Assembly: GCA_963728405.1 (NCBI GenBank)
Contig: CAVSJV010000001.1
Span: 1-40,633 of the forward strand
DNA length: 40,633 nt
Direction of reading: 5' to 3'
Source of the DNA: Methanomassiliicoccaceae archaeon
GTDB taxonomy: Archaea > Thermoplasmatota > Thermoplasmata > Methanomassiliicoccales > Methanomassiliicoccaceae
A program made the position numbers and the translations under genes. Positions 21,054-30,285 of this stretch are shown here, piece after piece; position 1 is the first letter of the stretch; each line of letters begins with the position of its first letter. Under the pieces are notes generated by a model that was not told where the DNA came from, made no database searches, and was given only the letters and a program-made list of their open reading frames with translations.

Positions 21054-22493
21054 ATGGGATGCACGCAAACACTTACTGATAAGGAGGTCCAGAAGGGGCT
21101 CCGGAACATAATCCGGGACGGGTTGACCACCTCGATGATGTCAACCCTCACCGGTAGTGTGTTCCTGGTGGCCTTCGCCCTGTCATTGGGTGCCTCCAAC
21201 ATGGTCATCGGCCTATTGGCCACCATACCACCTCTAGCCAACGTGATCCAGATCCCCACCATCTATCTGGTGGAGAAGTACCGGGTGCGGAGGTCCATCA
21301 CCATTTTAGCGGCGGCCATCAGCCGGTCGTTCCTGCTGATCATCGCCATCATCCCCTTCGTCGTACCGTTCAGCCTCGCCCTACCTCTGGTACTAGTTGC
21401 ACTGGTCCTGAACTCCCTCCTCGCTTCGATCGGCGGCTGCTCCTGGAACTCCTGGATGCACGACCTGCTCCCGAAGAACAACCTTGGAAGGTTCTTCTCC
21501 AAGCGCATGCTGCTGTCCACCGCGATCAGCATCCCCTTGGCTCTGTCGGCCGGGTACTTCATCACCTATTGGAAGGCCGCGTTCCCCACCATGGAGCTGG
21601 CCGGCTACTCGGTCCTCTTCCTGGCCGGCTTCATCGTCGGGCTGGTCGGCGTCCTCGTCATCTCGAGGATCCCCGAGCCCATGATGGCCCACCATGAGAG
21701 CATGCCGCGCTTCGGCCAGCTGATGAGGAAGCCCTTCGAGGACAAGAACTTCAAGAACCTCATCGTGTTCCTGACCTCCTGGAACTTCGCCGTCAACCTG
21801 GCGCTGCCGTTCCTGACCGTATACATGCTGACCTCCCTCGGGATGGACACCTCCAGCGTGGTGCTGTTCAGCGTGCTCAGCCAGATCTCCAGCATGGCGT
21901 TCTTCCGGGTCTGGGGGAAGCTTTCCGACCGCTTCTCCAACAAGTCGGTACTGCGCGTATCGGGCCCGATCATGATCGGTTGCTTCCTGATATGGGCGTC
22001 CACCGTGCTGTTCGCGGGAACCTCGATCATCATGCCGATGGTCGTGGCCGTCCACGTGCTAATGGGCATGGCGACCGCCGGCGTGAACCTGGTCTCCGGC
22101 AACATCGGCCTGAAGCTCGCCCCCAAGGGAGAGGCGACCGCCTATCTGGCGTCAGCGTCGCTGTTCAGCTCGCTGGCGGCCGGCATCGCCCCACTGCTGG
22201 GCGGCATCGTCGCCCAGTACGTCCCCCGGTGGGAGTACTTCTTCCTGGTGGCCTTCGCCCTGGGACTGTACTCGCTGCACCGCCTGACCAAGGTCCGGGA
22301 GGACGGAGAGGTCGAGAAGCTCGTCGTAGTGAAGGAACTGGTGACCGAGATGAAGAACGGCGTATCCTACTCCCATCTGCGGGAAGGAGCGCACAACGCG
22401 TCCCTCGGGCTGGCCCAGGCGGCCACGGCCCGCTTCCGCCGCAAGAGGACCGACGGTGCTGCCGTCACCTCCCTCTTGTTCTTCTGGAGGTAA
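21054..22493 (+). CDS. Major facilitator superfamily transporter
   Basis: About 12 hydrophobic segments; loop motifs LVEKYRVRR and WGKLSDRFSNK. Confidence 0.88.
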   Translation: MGCTQTLTDKEVQKGLRNIIRDGLTTSMMSTLTGSVFLVAFALSLGASNMVIGLLATIPPLANVIQIPTIYLVEKYRVRRSITILAAAISRSFLLIIAIIPFVVPFSLALPLVLVALVLNSLLASIGGCSWNSWMHDLLPKNNLGRFFSKRMLLSTAISIPLALSAGYFITYWKAAFPTMELAGYSVLFLAGFIVGLVGVLVISRIPEPMMAHHESMPRFGQLMRKPFEDKNFKNLIVFLTSWNFAVNLALPFLTVYMLTSLGMDTSSVVLFSVLSQISSMAFFRVWGKLSDRFSNKSVLRVSGPIMIGCFLIWASTVLFAGTSIIMPMVVAVHVLMGMATAGVNLVSGNIGLKLAPKGEATAYLASASLFSSLAAGIAPLLGGIVAQYVPRWEYFFLVAFALGLYSLHRLTKVREDGEVEKLVVVKELVTEMKNGVSYSHLREGAHNASLGLAQAATARFRRKRTDGAAVTSLLFFWR

Positions 22494-22497
22494 AGCG

Positions 22498-22671
22498 GTG
22501 CCCCGATATCCTTTTTCTAAGTTGGCCTCGCCCCTGGCGATCCTGATGCTGCTCATCGTCGCCCCGCTGGTCCTCGCCGTCATGGCGTTCAAAAGGCTTC
22601 GAGGAGCGACGGACGCGCCGTTGCCCCGCGACGAGTACGTCCTCATTCCGCCGACCAACATCAGACCCTAG
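22498..22671 (+). CDS. Small (57 aa) single-TM protein
   Basis: GGAGG Shine-Dalgarno overlapping the MFS stop, then GTG at 22498; LAILMLLIVAPLVLAVMAF followed by KRLR. Confidence 0.5.
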   Translation: MPRYPFSKLASPLAILMLLIVAPLVLAVMAFKRLRGATDAPLPRDEYVLIPPTNIRP

Positions 22672-23188
22672 GATCGGACCACGAGCCGTCCTCGATGATC
22701 GACCGGACCGCGGCCATGGTGGTGAGCATGTCCCCCACCGCCCGGGTCTGGGCCTCTACGCGCGTTTCTATGGAGCGGATCTCCGCCTCGTCCGAGCTGA
22801 GGTCCCGGGCATCCTTGGCAATGGCGCCCAGGTTGGCGAACAGCATGTCCAGCGCCCTCACCGTCGGTTCATAGATCTCCACGAACACCTGCACCCGCTC
22901 GTACAGCAGGTACTCGCTCGATCCGAAGCACGCTCTCTCCATCTCCTGGCTTGCTTCGAGATCAAGGTCCATCAGTCGCTCCCATTCGTTCAGGGCGATG
23001 CCCATACGAGCCCGGAAGCCGCGGTGCACCAGGGGGCGAAGATATGGATGGCTCTGGCTGAACAGCCAGTTCAGGTCGTTGATCACTTCCTCGACCTCCC
23101 TGATGTCCGTGGTCAGCCGGCGGCTCAATGATGCCAGTTTAGGTGACCCCGCTCCGACCATCAGGTGGACCGCTTCCTCGCCGTCCAT
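22661..23188 (-). CDS. Hypothetical protein (predicted mostly alpha-helical)
   Basis: 175-aa ORF with GGGAGG RBS before ATG; no recognised motif. Confidence 0.7.
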   Translation of the reverse strand: MDGEEAVHLMVGAGSPKLASLSRRLTTDIREVEEVINDLNWLFSQSHPYLRPLVHRGFRARMGIALNEWERLMDLDLEASQEMERACFGSSEYLLYERVQVFVEIYEPTVRALDMLFANLGAIAKDARDLSSDEAEIRSIETRVEAQTRAVGDMLTTMAAVRSIIEDGSWSDPRV

Positions 23189-23204
23189 GTTTTCCTCCCA
23201 GAAA

Positions 23205-23927
23205 TTAATTGGAATGCCCTATATTTGATGCCTCGGATATTTTATGGGACGAACGACGAAGCTCCCGGCGCATCAGGTACGCACCCCCCAGAATGGCGCA
23301 GGTGCCCTCGATGAGCAGGTTCTGTCCGTCGATCCAGTTGGAGAACGAGGCGACCGCCCCGGTCCCGAACGTCAGGACGCCGATGATGAGCAGGAAGGCG
23401 AGCAGCGGTAACTGCAGTGGCTCGAGCGCCCGCGCCGCGGCCGCCCCCATGTGCCCCAGTCGATCGCGGTACAGCATGACCACGATGGAGAGGAACATGA
23501 GGCCGAACATCCACTCCAGCGGGGACGTTATCTCGATCAGGAACGATGAGGCCAGGTAATCCGGGTAGTGATGCTGCTGGAACGGACCGAGCAGCGGCCA
23601 GAGCAGCGATACCGGCAGGTCCCACATGGCGTCCAGGACCAGGTGCGTGCCGACCCCCGCGGCGATAGCGGCCAGGAGCAGCGATGAGCGCGCCCTCCAG
23701 AGGACCAGCGCGCCGATGACCAGGACCCCCAGGAACAGCAGGCCGTGCGCGTATATGCGGCCATAGTCCAACGAGCCCTGCAACAGCAGATGGCCGAGGG
23801 GCTTGTCGATCAGGTCCGGGACGATCGCCCCGACAGCGATGACCGGGACCATCCATCGGCGACCGGTCCATTGGTAGAAGATCAGGCCCACCACGGCCCC
23901 GATGAACAGGTGGCAGAACATCAGCAC
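23205..23927 (-). CDS. Membrane-bound metal-dependent hydrolase (YdjM/DUF457-like)
   Basis: N-terminal H, PDLIDKP, AHGL, HLVLD and LLWPL motifs; hydrophobic. Confidence 0.82.
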   Translation of the reverse strand: MLMFCHLFIGAVVGLIFYQWTGRRWMVPVIAVGAIVPDLIDKPLGHLLLQGSLDYGRIYAHGLLFLGVLVIGALVLWRARSSLLLAAIAAGVGTHLVLDAMWDLPVSLLWPLLGPFQQHHYPDYLASSFLIEITSPLEWMFGLMFLSIVVMLYRDRLGHMGAAAARALEPLQLPLLAFLLIIGVLTFGTGAVASFSNWIDGQNLLIEGTCAILGGAYLMRRELRRSSHKISEASNIGHSN

Positions 23928-24018
23928 GCCACCCCATCGGGCCTCCCGATAAAATAGCTGCCCCTCTTCGAAAGCTTATTCTGCCTTCGGTTAAGTACTA
24001 ACCAATCAAGACAACGTT

Positions 24019-25150
24019 ATGGCCCAAAATACAAGTGGAGAATGGGTGAGGGAGCTAGATTATCTCCGGGCCTTCGCCATCCTGGGGATCGTCGCCATTC
24101 ATGTAGGCGCGTTCTCCATCACCATAGGTTATCCTAATGCCATCTCCCCGATCACCGACTTCATCGCCCACTTCTCCGATTTCGGGATACCGCTGTTCTT
24201 CTTCGTCTCCGGGTTCATCCTTGCCGTCCGGTACTTCGAACAGGACCGCAGGGGCGGATTCTACCGTCGGCGGTTGGGCACCATCATACCGCCGTACCTG
24301 GCGTTCTCCACGGTCTACCTGCTCTACGCCGCCGTGGCGCTAGGGCAGACCTCCCTGTACCGCGCCGCATGGTCCTACCTATTGTTCGACGCCACCGGCA
24401 TCTTTTGGTTCCTGGCGGTGATCATCCAGATGTACCTGCTGTTCCCGTACCTGGCCGCCTGGCTGGGACGATTGGAGGCGAAAGGGCAGGCCTGGCGCGT
24501 GCCAGCGTACGCCGCCTTATTGTACGTGGCCTGGTACGCGTACCTGCAACAGGCCACCGCGGACCTGCTGAACGCGACGTGGCAGCCGGTGCCCGACCTC
24601 GGCGGCATCGTGGCCGGAGAACTGTTCCCGGGGTTCCTGTTGTTCTTCGTGCTGGGAATGTATCTCGCCCGGACCGTGCCCTCGTCCCGGAGCGTCCTCC
24701 GCTCCCTATCCCGGACATATATGGTCGTCCCGCTGCTGCTCATGGCCGTGGGGCTGCAGTTGCTGGGCTCCGGGTTCTGGTGGGAGATGGCAGTGGTGCC
24801 GTACAGCCTGGTGGCGTCGGCGCTGCTGCTCCGCCTCTCCCGCTGGCTGGCCGCCCGGCCGGGGGCGCTATCCTCGGGGAGTGGAGACCATCGGCCGCTA
24901 CTCGTTCGGGATCTACATGGCGCACATACTGGTGATGGCCCTGGTCGTCAACCGGCTGTGGGCCTGGGGGCTGGGGGCCGAGGACGCCATGTTCTACGTG
25001 CTGCTGTACACGCTGACGGTCGGCCTGAGCATCCTGGGGCTGTGGGCCTTGAACCTGCTGCCGTTCGGCCCGTCGATCTCCGGGGTGAAGAAGAGCACCA
25101 AAGGTAGGAAGCTCCGCCGCGTCGGCAAGAGGAGCAAAAGGACCATTTGA
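24019..25150 (+). CDS. Membrane acyltransferase, family 3 (OafA/WecH-like); frameshift near 24878
   Basis: LDYLRAFAILGIVAIH, PLFFFVSGF, FYRRR, WFLAVIIQMYLLFP, then IGRYSFGIYMAH in the shifted frame. Confidence 0.88.
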
Positions 25151-25238
25151 TGCGACCGTAGAGAGGACACTAGGCCCCTCGGAAAGAGCGCCGGGGCCCG
25201 ACGAACGTTCGCCCAACTTCGTAACTCTGGTGAAAGAG

Positions 25239-25483
25239 GTGAACTACCCCTCGATCTGTGCTTCTAGAAGACGATTGTGGGCGTGACGACATACGCCCTT
25301 GGCCTGCAACAGCATCCGCTCTACCTCCTTTTTCGGATATAGACAGCACTGGTGGGCGATCATGTTAGAGCACCGATTTTCTTGATGACCCCCATATATA
25401 AACGTCTAGGGGGGAGGTCGGTGAAAGTGCTCACCCTCGATTTAATCCCTCAGCTATCGCAGGGGACTTCCCATTCGCAATGG
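25239..25483 (-). mobile_element. Internally deleted IS200/IS605-family (IS1341-like, tnpB-only) element, copy 1
   Basis: On the minus strand: TTAA, then left end CCATTGCGAATGGGAAGTCCCCTGCGATAGCTGAGGGA, a TATA box, a tnpB N-terminal fragment, and right end GGGGTAGTTCAC. The left end is closely similar to that of the copy at 27514. Confidence 0.8.
25244..25363 (-). pseudogene. tnpB: tnpB N-terminal HTH remnant (39 aa; not in the ORF track)
   Basis: MIAHQCCLYPKKEVERMLLQAKGVCRHAHNRLLEA resembles the HTH_OrfB_IS605 pattern (M..AYKYRLYP..EQ..LL....G.CR..YN..L). Confidence 0.75.
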
Positions 25484-25520
25484 TTAATTATCCCATCCTG
25501 GTTCTAGATATGGGAGGACC

Positions 25521-26270
25521 ATGCTAGAGATCAAGAATCTCACCGTAGAGGTGGGCACCCGGCGCGTACTGAAAGGCATCAACCTATCGGTCATGTCCGG
25601 TTCCACCAGCGTCCTGTTCGGGCCCAATGGCTCAGGAAAGTCGACATTGCTCTCGGCCATCATGGGCCTGGGCAATTACCGGGTCGTTGAAGGCCAGATC
25701 GTGCTTGACGGCGTTGATATCACCAATCTGCCCATCCATGAGCGGGCCAAGCTCGGGATCGGCATGATGTCCCAGCGCCCCCCGAACCTGGTGGGCGTGC
25801 AATTGAAGACCATGCTGCAGGTCACCAGCCACGGCAAGGCCGACCCGGCCAAGCTCGCCGGGACCTTGGACATGGCCCGGTTCCTGGACCGGGACGTCAA
25901 TGTCGGCTTCTCCGGCGGCGAGATCAAGCGATCCGAGCTTCTCCAGCTGGCTGCCCAGAACCCCTGCATGTACCTCCTGGACGAGCCCGAATCGGGCGTC
26001 GACATCGAGAGCATCGGGAAGGTGGGGAACATGATCCACGAGCTCCTTACCGGCGGCATATCGTGCGCCGGGAAGAGGGAGAGAGAGGGCAAGAGCGCTC
26101 TGATCATCACCCATACCGGCGAGATTCTGAACTACATCGAGGCGGACCGCGGATATGTGCTGTGCAACGGCACCATATCCTGCGCCGGCAATCCAAGGGA
26201 ACTGCTCAGGGAGATCCGCGCCAAGGGATACGAGGAGTGTGTGAAATGTCGGCTAGTCAGAACGAACTGA
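25521..26270 (+). CDS. sufC: Fe-S cluster assembly ATPase SmsC/SufC
   Basis: GPNGSGKST, RDVNVGFSGGEIKRSE, LLDEPESGVD, IITH, and C-terminal GYEECVKC (CxxC typical of archaeal SmsC). Confidence 0.93.
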   Translation: MLEIKNLTVEVGTRRVLKGINLSVMSGSTSVLFGPNGSGKSTLLSAIMGLGNYRVVEGQIVLDGVDITNLPIHERAKLGIGMMSQRPPNLVGVQLKTMLQVTSHGKADPAKLAGTLDMARFLDRDVNVGFSGGEIKRSELLQLAAQNPCMYLLDEPESGVDIESIGKVGNMIHELLTGGISCAGKREREGKSALIITHTGEILNYIEADRGYVLCNGTISCAGNPRELLREIRAKGYEECVKCRLVRTN

Positions 26271-27472
26271 AGAAGCGGGCCGAGGAGGCGCTCAAGAAGA
26301 AGGGCACCTATGGCGAGGATTTCGATCTTTCCAAGTACAAGGAGGGCGAACGCGACATTCCGGAAACGTCCAGGCTGGACCAGCTCTCGGACGAGGTGCA
26401 GGAAGCCCTGCTCCGCTCCGGCATCGTGCCGTCCGAGGAGGGCCGCGAGGGCAGCCTGGTGGTCATGGACAACTCCATGGTCGCCCGGAGCGTGATGGGG
26501 AAGAGCTACGAGCTCCTGGACACCAGGGTGGCGATGCAGAAGCATGAGTGGCTCAAGGACTACGCCTGGAAGCTGGTCCAACCGGACGCCGACAAGTACA
26601 CCGCCTCCACCTACCTGAACGATGCCACCGGCTACTTCATCAGGGCGCTGCCCGGGCAGTCCGTGAAACTGCCCATCCAGACCTGCCTGCTGGTCAGCAA
26701 GGAGCGCACTGCCCAGATGGTCCATAACATCATCGTAGTGGAGGAGGACGCCTCCCTGGAGGTGGTCACCGGCTGCGTCACCAAGAAGGGTGTCGAAGCG
26801 GCCATCCACATGGGCATCTCGGAGTTCTACGTCAAGAAGGGCGGGAAGCTCACCTTCACCATGATCCACAACTGGGCCGAGCAGGTGGGCGTCCGTCCCC
26901 GCACTGGCATCAGGGTGGAGGAGGGCGGCTCGTTCGTCAATAACTACGTCATCCTGAAGAAGGTCAAAAGCGTCCAGACCTATCCGACCGCCCGGTTGGT
27001 CGGCCAGGGGGCCGTGGCGTCCTTCAACACCGTGGCGGTGGCCCAGCCGGGAGCGGAGCTGGACCTGGGTTCCCGGGCGATCCTGAGCGCGCCGTTCACC
27101 AAGGCCGAGATCATCTCGCGGTCCATCACCACTGGCGGCACGGTCATCAACCGCGGCACGCTGGTGGGGGAAGCACCGAACATCAAGGCCCACCTGGAAT
27201 GTCGCGGCCTGATCCTCGGCAACGGGGGTGTGAACATCGCCATTCCAGAGCTGGAGGCCCGTGTCCCCGATGTGGAGATGACCCACGAGGCGTCACTAGG
27301 CAAGATCGCCCGGGACCAGGTCGAGTACATCATGTCCCGCGGGCTGAGCGAGGAAGAGGCGGTCGGCATGATCGTCCGCGGCTTCCTCGAGGTCGGCATC
27401 AGGAACATTCCCGAGGAGCTCAAGGCGGAGATCGACAGGACCATCGCCCAGAGCGAGCTGGCCAAGGGCTGA
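26246..27472 (+). CDS. sufB: Fe-S cluster scaffold SmsB/SufB (SufBD family)
   Basis: PIQTC, HNIIVVEE, TGC, ISEFY, MIHNW, HLECRGL, IPEL, THEASLGKI, YIMSRGLSEEEA; ATG 26246 overlaps the end of sufC. Confidence 0.93.
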   Translation: MSASQNELKKRAEEALKKKGTYGEDFDLSKYKEGERDIPETSRLDQLSDEVQEALLRSGIVPSEEGREGSLVVMDNSMVARSVMGKSYELLDTRVAMQKHEWLKDYAWKLVQPDADKYTASTYLNDATGYFIRALPGQSVKLPIQTCLLVSKERTAQMVHNIIVVEEDASLEVVTGCVTKKGVEAAIHMGISEFYVKKGGKLTFTMIHNWAEQVGVRPRTGIRVEEGGSFVNNYVILKKVKSVQTYPTARLVGQGAVASFNTVAVAQPGAELDLGSRAILSAPFTKAEIISRSITTGGTVINRGTLVGEAPNIKAHLECRGLILGNGGVNIAIPELEARVPDVEMTHEASLGKIARDQVEYIMSRGLSEEEAVGMIVRGFLEVGIRNIPEELKAEIDRTIAQSELAKG

Positions 27473-27483
27473 GCCTGAAAACA

Positions 27484-27511
27484 CTTTTCCTTTCTCACTT
27501 TTTATATTTTT
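27484..27511 (+). terminator. Pyrimidine/T-rich archaeal-type terminator after smsB
   Basis: CTTTTCCTTTCTCACTTTTTATATTTTT begins 12 nt after the stop codon. Confidence 0.5.
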
Positions 27512-27513
27512 AA

Positions 27514-27896
27514 CTTTATGCGAGCGGAAAGTCCCCTGCGAAAGCGGGGGACGATCAAGCACATGCCGTCCGGTAAGTGGCATGCCTACATCATCGTAGA
27601 CAATGGCTCAAGTGACTTCGAGCTCCCTGAGGTCGAGACGGCCGTCGGTCTCGATGTCGGTCTGACCTCCTACGCCGTCGATAGCGACGGCCACGAGGTC
27701 GAGAACCCGAGACACCTGAAGCGGGCATTGAAGAAGCTGCGCCGGGACCAGCGAGCGTTCAACAGAATGCAGAAGGGCTCGAACGACCGGAACTCACGCT
27801 TGTGGACAGCCGACCACTACACTCGCCAGCGAGCGGTGTGCAAGTCGACCGGTTGAAGCAAGAAGCCCCGCCCGCAAGGGCGGCAGGGAAGTTCAC
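27514..27896 (+). mobile_element. tnpB: Internally deleted IS200/IS605-family tnpB element, copy 2, with intact-looking left end, right end and omega-RNA region
   Basis: TTTAA, then left-end hairpin GTCCCCTGCGAAAGCGGGGGAC; coding remnant TIKHMPSGKW...AVGLDVGLTSYAVDSDG..VENPRHLKRALKKLRRDQRAFNRMQKGSNDR (RuvC-I and bridge helix); 3' end TGAAGCAAGAAGCCCCGCCCGCAAGGGCGGCAGGGAAGTTCAC. Confidence 0.9.
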
Positions 27897-28042
27897 ATCG
27901 GGGGCCGATGGCCCGGTGTAACCAGTGCGCTGGTTGAACTGACTGGACCTACGGCGAATGACTGATTCATAGTGAAATAGCAGTCAAAACATTAATATGC
28001 TATCCATACTTCCGGAAATCTTACTTACGGAGGCACTCTAGA

Positions 28043-28492
28043 ATGAGAATTTCAGCCGATCAGGAAGAGGTTTGCATCTTGGAAGCGATCAGGACCGCGA
28101 ACGCTCACCGGGAAGAACTCGCCGAATCACTTGTTGACAATTCCGTATTGATCATCATGGCCGCCACCGCGCGGCGCGATCTGACGGTCCGCGAGGTCTC
28201 CACTTTCACTTCCATTCCCCTGGCCACTTGCTACAAGCTCGTAGAGAAGATGGCCTCGATCGGCCTGCTGGCCGAGACCGGGAAGGTCCGCACCTCTACC
28301 CGTGGCAAGGCATCCATGTACACCTCGTCGATGAAGACCTTCTCCGTCGATGTGTCCAACGGGTTCATCGATGTGAACATCATCTGGAAGAACGGACAGA
28401 CCATGGGAGTGACCCGCGAGGTATGCTCCACCATGATGCCCGTTGAGATGGCCACGAGCGCGGACGCGATCAGCGCGGTCGCCTCAAAGTAA
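28043..28492 (+). CDS. Winged helix-turn-helix protein (ArsR-like), putative regulator
   Basis: LTVREVSTFTSIPLATCYKLVEKMASIGLL HTH pattern followed by a wing (GKASMY); GGAGG RBS. Confidence 0.8.
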   Translation: MRISADQEEVCILEAIRTANAHREELAESLVDNSVLIIMAATARRDLTVREVSTFTSIPLATCYKLVEKMASIGLLAETGKVRTSTRGKASMYTSSMKTFSVDVSNGFIDVNIIWKNGQTMGVTREVCSTMMPVEMATSADAISAVASK

Positions 28493-28518
28493 ACCTTTTC
28501 CCAAACCGTTTAGGGTTT

Positions 28519-29458
28519 TTATCGCGTCAGCTCTGAGATGATCTCTTCCCGCAATTGGTCCATGTGCTCATTGACCAAGGCGACATCCTCTCTGATGTTC
28601 ATCGGTCGATCGCCGATCAACAGCCCGAATTCCGATTCCGCCAGCTCCTCGATCATTGGTATCCTCTTGCTCATGAGGCTGTCGCGGTAGCGCCCGAAGC
28701 GCTCGACGGTGAACCGGGTCTTTCTTTTGATGGCCTCTTCGAAATCGTAAAGGTCCAAGCCATAGCCCCGGCTAAGCATCACAATATCGATGGAATCTCG
28801 AAGCTTGTAATCCACCCGGGTCAAGATGGCCCTTCCCTTCTCGACAATGATCTCTTCCGGAGAGTAACAGGTCATCGGGATGGAGGACAGGTAGCTCTCT
28901 TGCCCATCTAAGAAGGAGGCGGTCCTGCCCTTACTAATATAAGGCTCGAGAAAGCTTTTTAGAGCTACATCCTTCACGAACGGATAGATCAGCAGATCAT
29001 GCATATTTATCTCCATCTTGATCCTACCCGCAATACCCGGCAATCCGATCGAGTAGGAGAAATGGAAGGTCGCCTTGGTGCCGGAGTTGGAGATGTAAAC
29101 CCCCTCCTTTTGTTCTATCCTTGTGTTCAATCCCAGGTCTAACGATCTTGCAATGGGCTCCAGCTCCCTTAGGACGGCCTTGATCTCTCCCATGCAGCTT
29201 TCCTCGATCTGCCTGTTGCTTTTTCCACTCCATATCGAGGGGTCCTGCCAGCCAAAATCGATGTCCTCGGAGAATCTATAGTAAGGCAAATATGCCTTGA
29301 TCAGGCAGGTCCCTCCCTTGAAAAGGAGCCTATCTCTTAGGAATACGCTCTCGGAGATCTTGGTCAGGAGGGAGTGCAAGTAGATGTCTTTCTCCACAAA
29401 TGACCTATTCTTGACCCCAGACAGTCCTGCAGGCCCAGTCCACAAGCCTATCGTCCAT
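28519..29458 (-). CDS. AbiEii-type nucleotidyltransferase toxin (type IV TA); true start probably ATG 29458 with an indel near 29425
   Basis: VEKDIYL, LFKGGTCLIKAY, YYRFSEDIDF, EEIIVEK and RDSID motifs. Confidence 0.9.
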
Positions 29459-30113
29459 TTCTGCCCACCAGCCCGGCGATGAACTTGCAGGGGTAAAATG
29501 CAAGATATTCCCTCATGCGGTCATCCAGCAGCTGGTCCTGGTAATTATTGATCGCCCCTTGCACGTAGCATTCCGAGGCCCCATCGAGATACCTCCGATA
29601 GGCCAGATCGAGGACGGTCTTCTCCTTATTGGAGTAACGGATGATCACATCGTGTTTGGTCGGTTTTGATATGATCGAACCCGGGATGAAAAGGTCCTTG
29701 CTCCACTTAATGACCCGGAACGATGTCCCCTGAACATTTATGGCCCGGGTTGTTTTCAATGAACCGGAGATCACCTGGTCGGCATTGAAAAATTCATGGG
29801 TCATGCCGTTCAGCTTAAGGGCTGTGTCCAGACCAAAATACCAGGGTGTGGCTCCTTTTATCTCCAACCCTGCGGCAACCATCTCGTACAACGAATAATC
29901 TGCCCTCCCCGTGGCTCTTTCATTTGCGGAAACAACGTAGAATATCCCTCTGAATATCCGCTTCAGATAGCCTTCCCGCTGGAGATAACGAACGCTGTCG
30001 ATGGGGTCTTTATCAAGACCCTGTGCCAAGGTCGTGAGTTCTTCAGTTGTAGTGATCCTATTACCGCTCAATAGTAGCTTTTTCCAGATCTCAGACGTCG
30101 CAATTCGGTTCAT
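29448..30113 (-). CDS. AbiEi-type antitoxin / winged-helix regulator
   Basis: N-terminal wHTH (YLQREGYLKRIFRGIFYV), YFGLDTALKLNGMTHE, YSNKEKTVLD; directly upstream of and overlapping the AbiEii gene. Confidence 0.85.
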   Translation of the reverse strand: MNRIATSEIWKKLLLSGNRITTTEELTTLAQGLDKDPIDSVRYLQREGYLKRIFRGIFYVVSANERATGRADYSLYEMVAAGLEIKGATPWYFGLDTALKLNGMTHEFFNADQVISGSLKTTRAINVQGTSFRVIKWSKDLFIPGSIISKPTKHDVIIRYSNKEKTVLDLAYRRYLDGASECYVQGAINNYQDQLLDDRMREYLAFYPCKFIAGLVGRNGR

Positions 30114-30224
30114 AATATCCGTATTTTTAGCACAATAGCAACCATATTATCAATATATAATGATTATCAACCTCTTATCTGGGCGTGTTTCGATGTGCTG
30201 TGTCATTAATCATGCCTGGTTAAT

Positions 30225-30263
30225 TGTATATACATAATGCATGCATATGCATGTGTTTGCATG
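30225..30263 (+). repeat. TATA-like TGTATATACA palindrome followed by three TGCATG direct repeats at exact 10-bp spacing
   Basis: TGCATG at 30238, 30248 and 30258; includes the 14-bp palindrome CATGCATATGCATG (30240-30253). Confidence 0.8.
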
Positions 30264-30285
30264 ATTCATTCGTCGAGGTGACAAA

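Noticed and set aside
26132-27286. Long antisense ORFs (also 14549-16645, 38913-39737 and others)
   Set aside because: Shadow frames of GC-rich coding genes with no recognisable motifs.
27518-27856. Functional miniature TnpB/Cas12f-like nuclease
   Set aside because: Lacks the N-terminal lobe, RuvC-II/III and zinc finger; its ends are read from non-coding IS ends. No CRISPR array nearby.
30224-30285. Cys/His-rich N-terminus (MYIHNACICMCLH) as a metal-binding motif
   Set aside because: It is a translation of the TGCATG repeat and promoter DNA; the RBS-supported start is TTG 30286.
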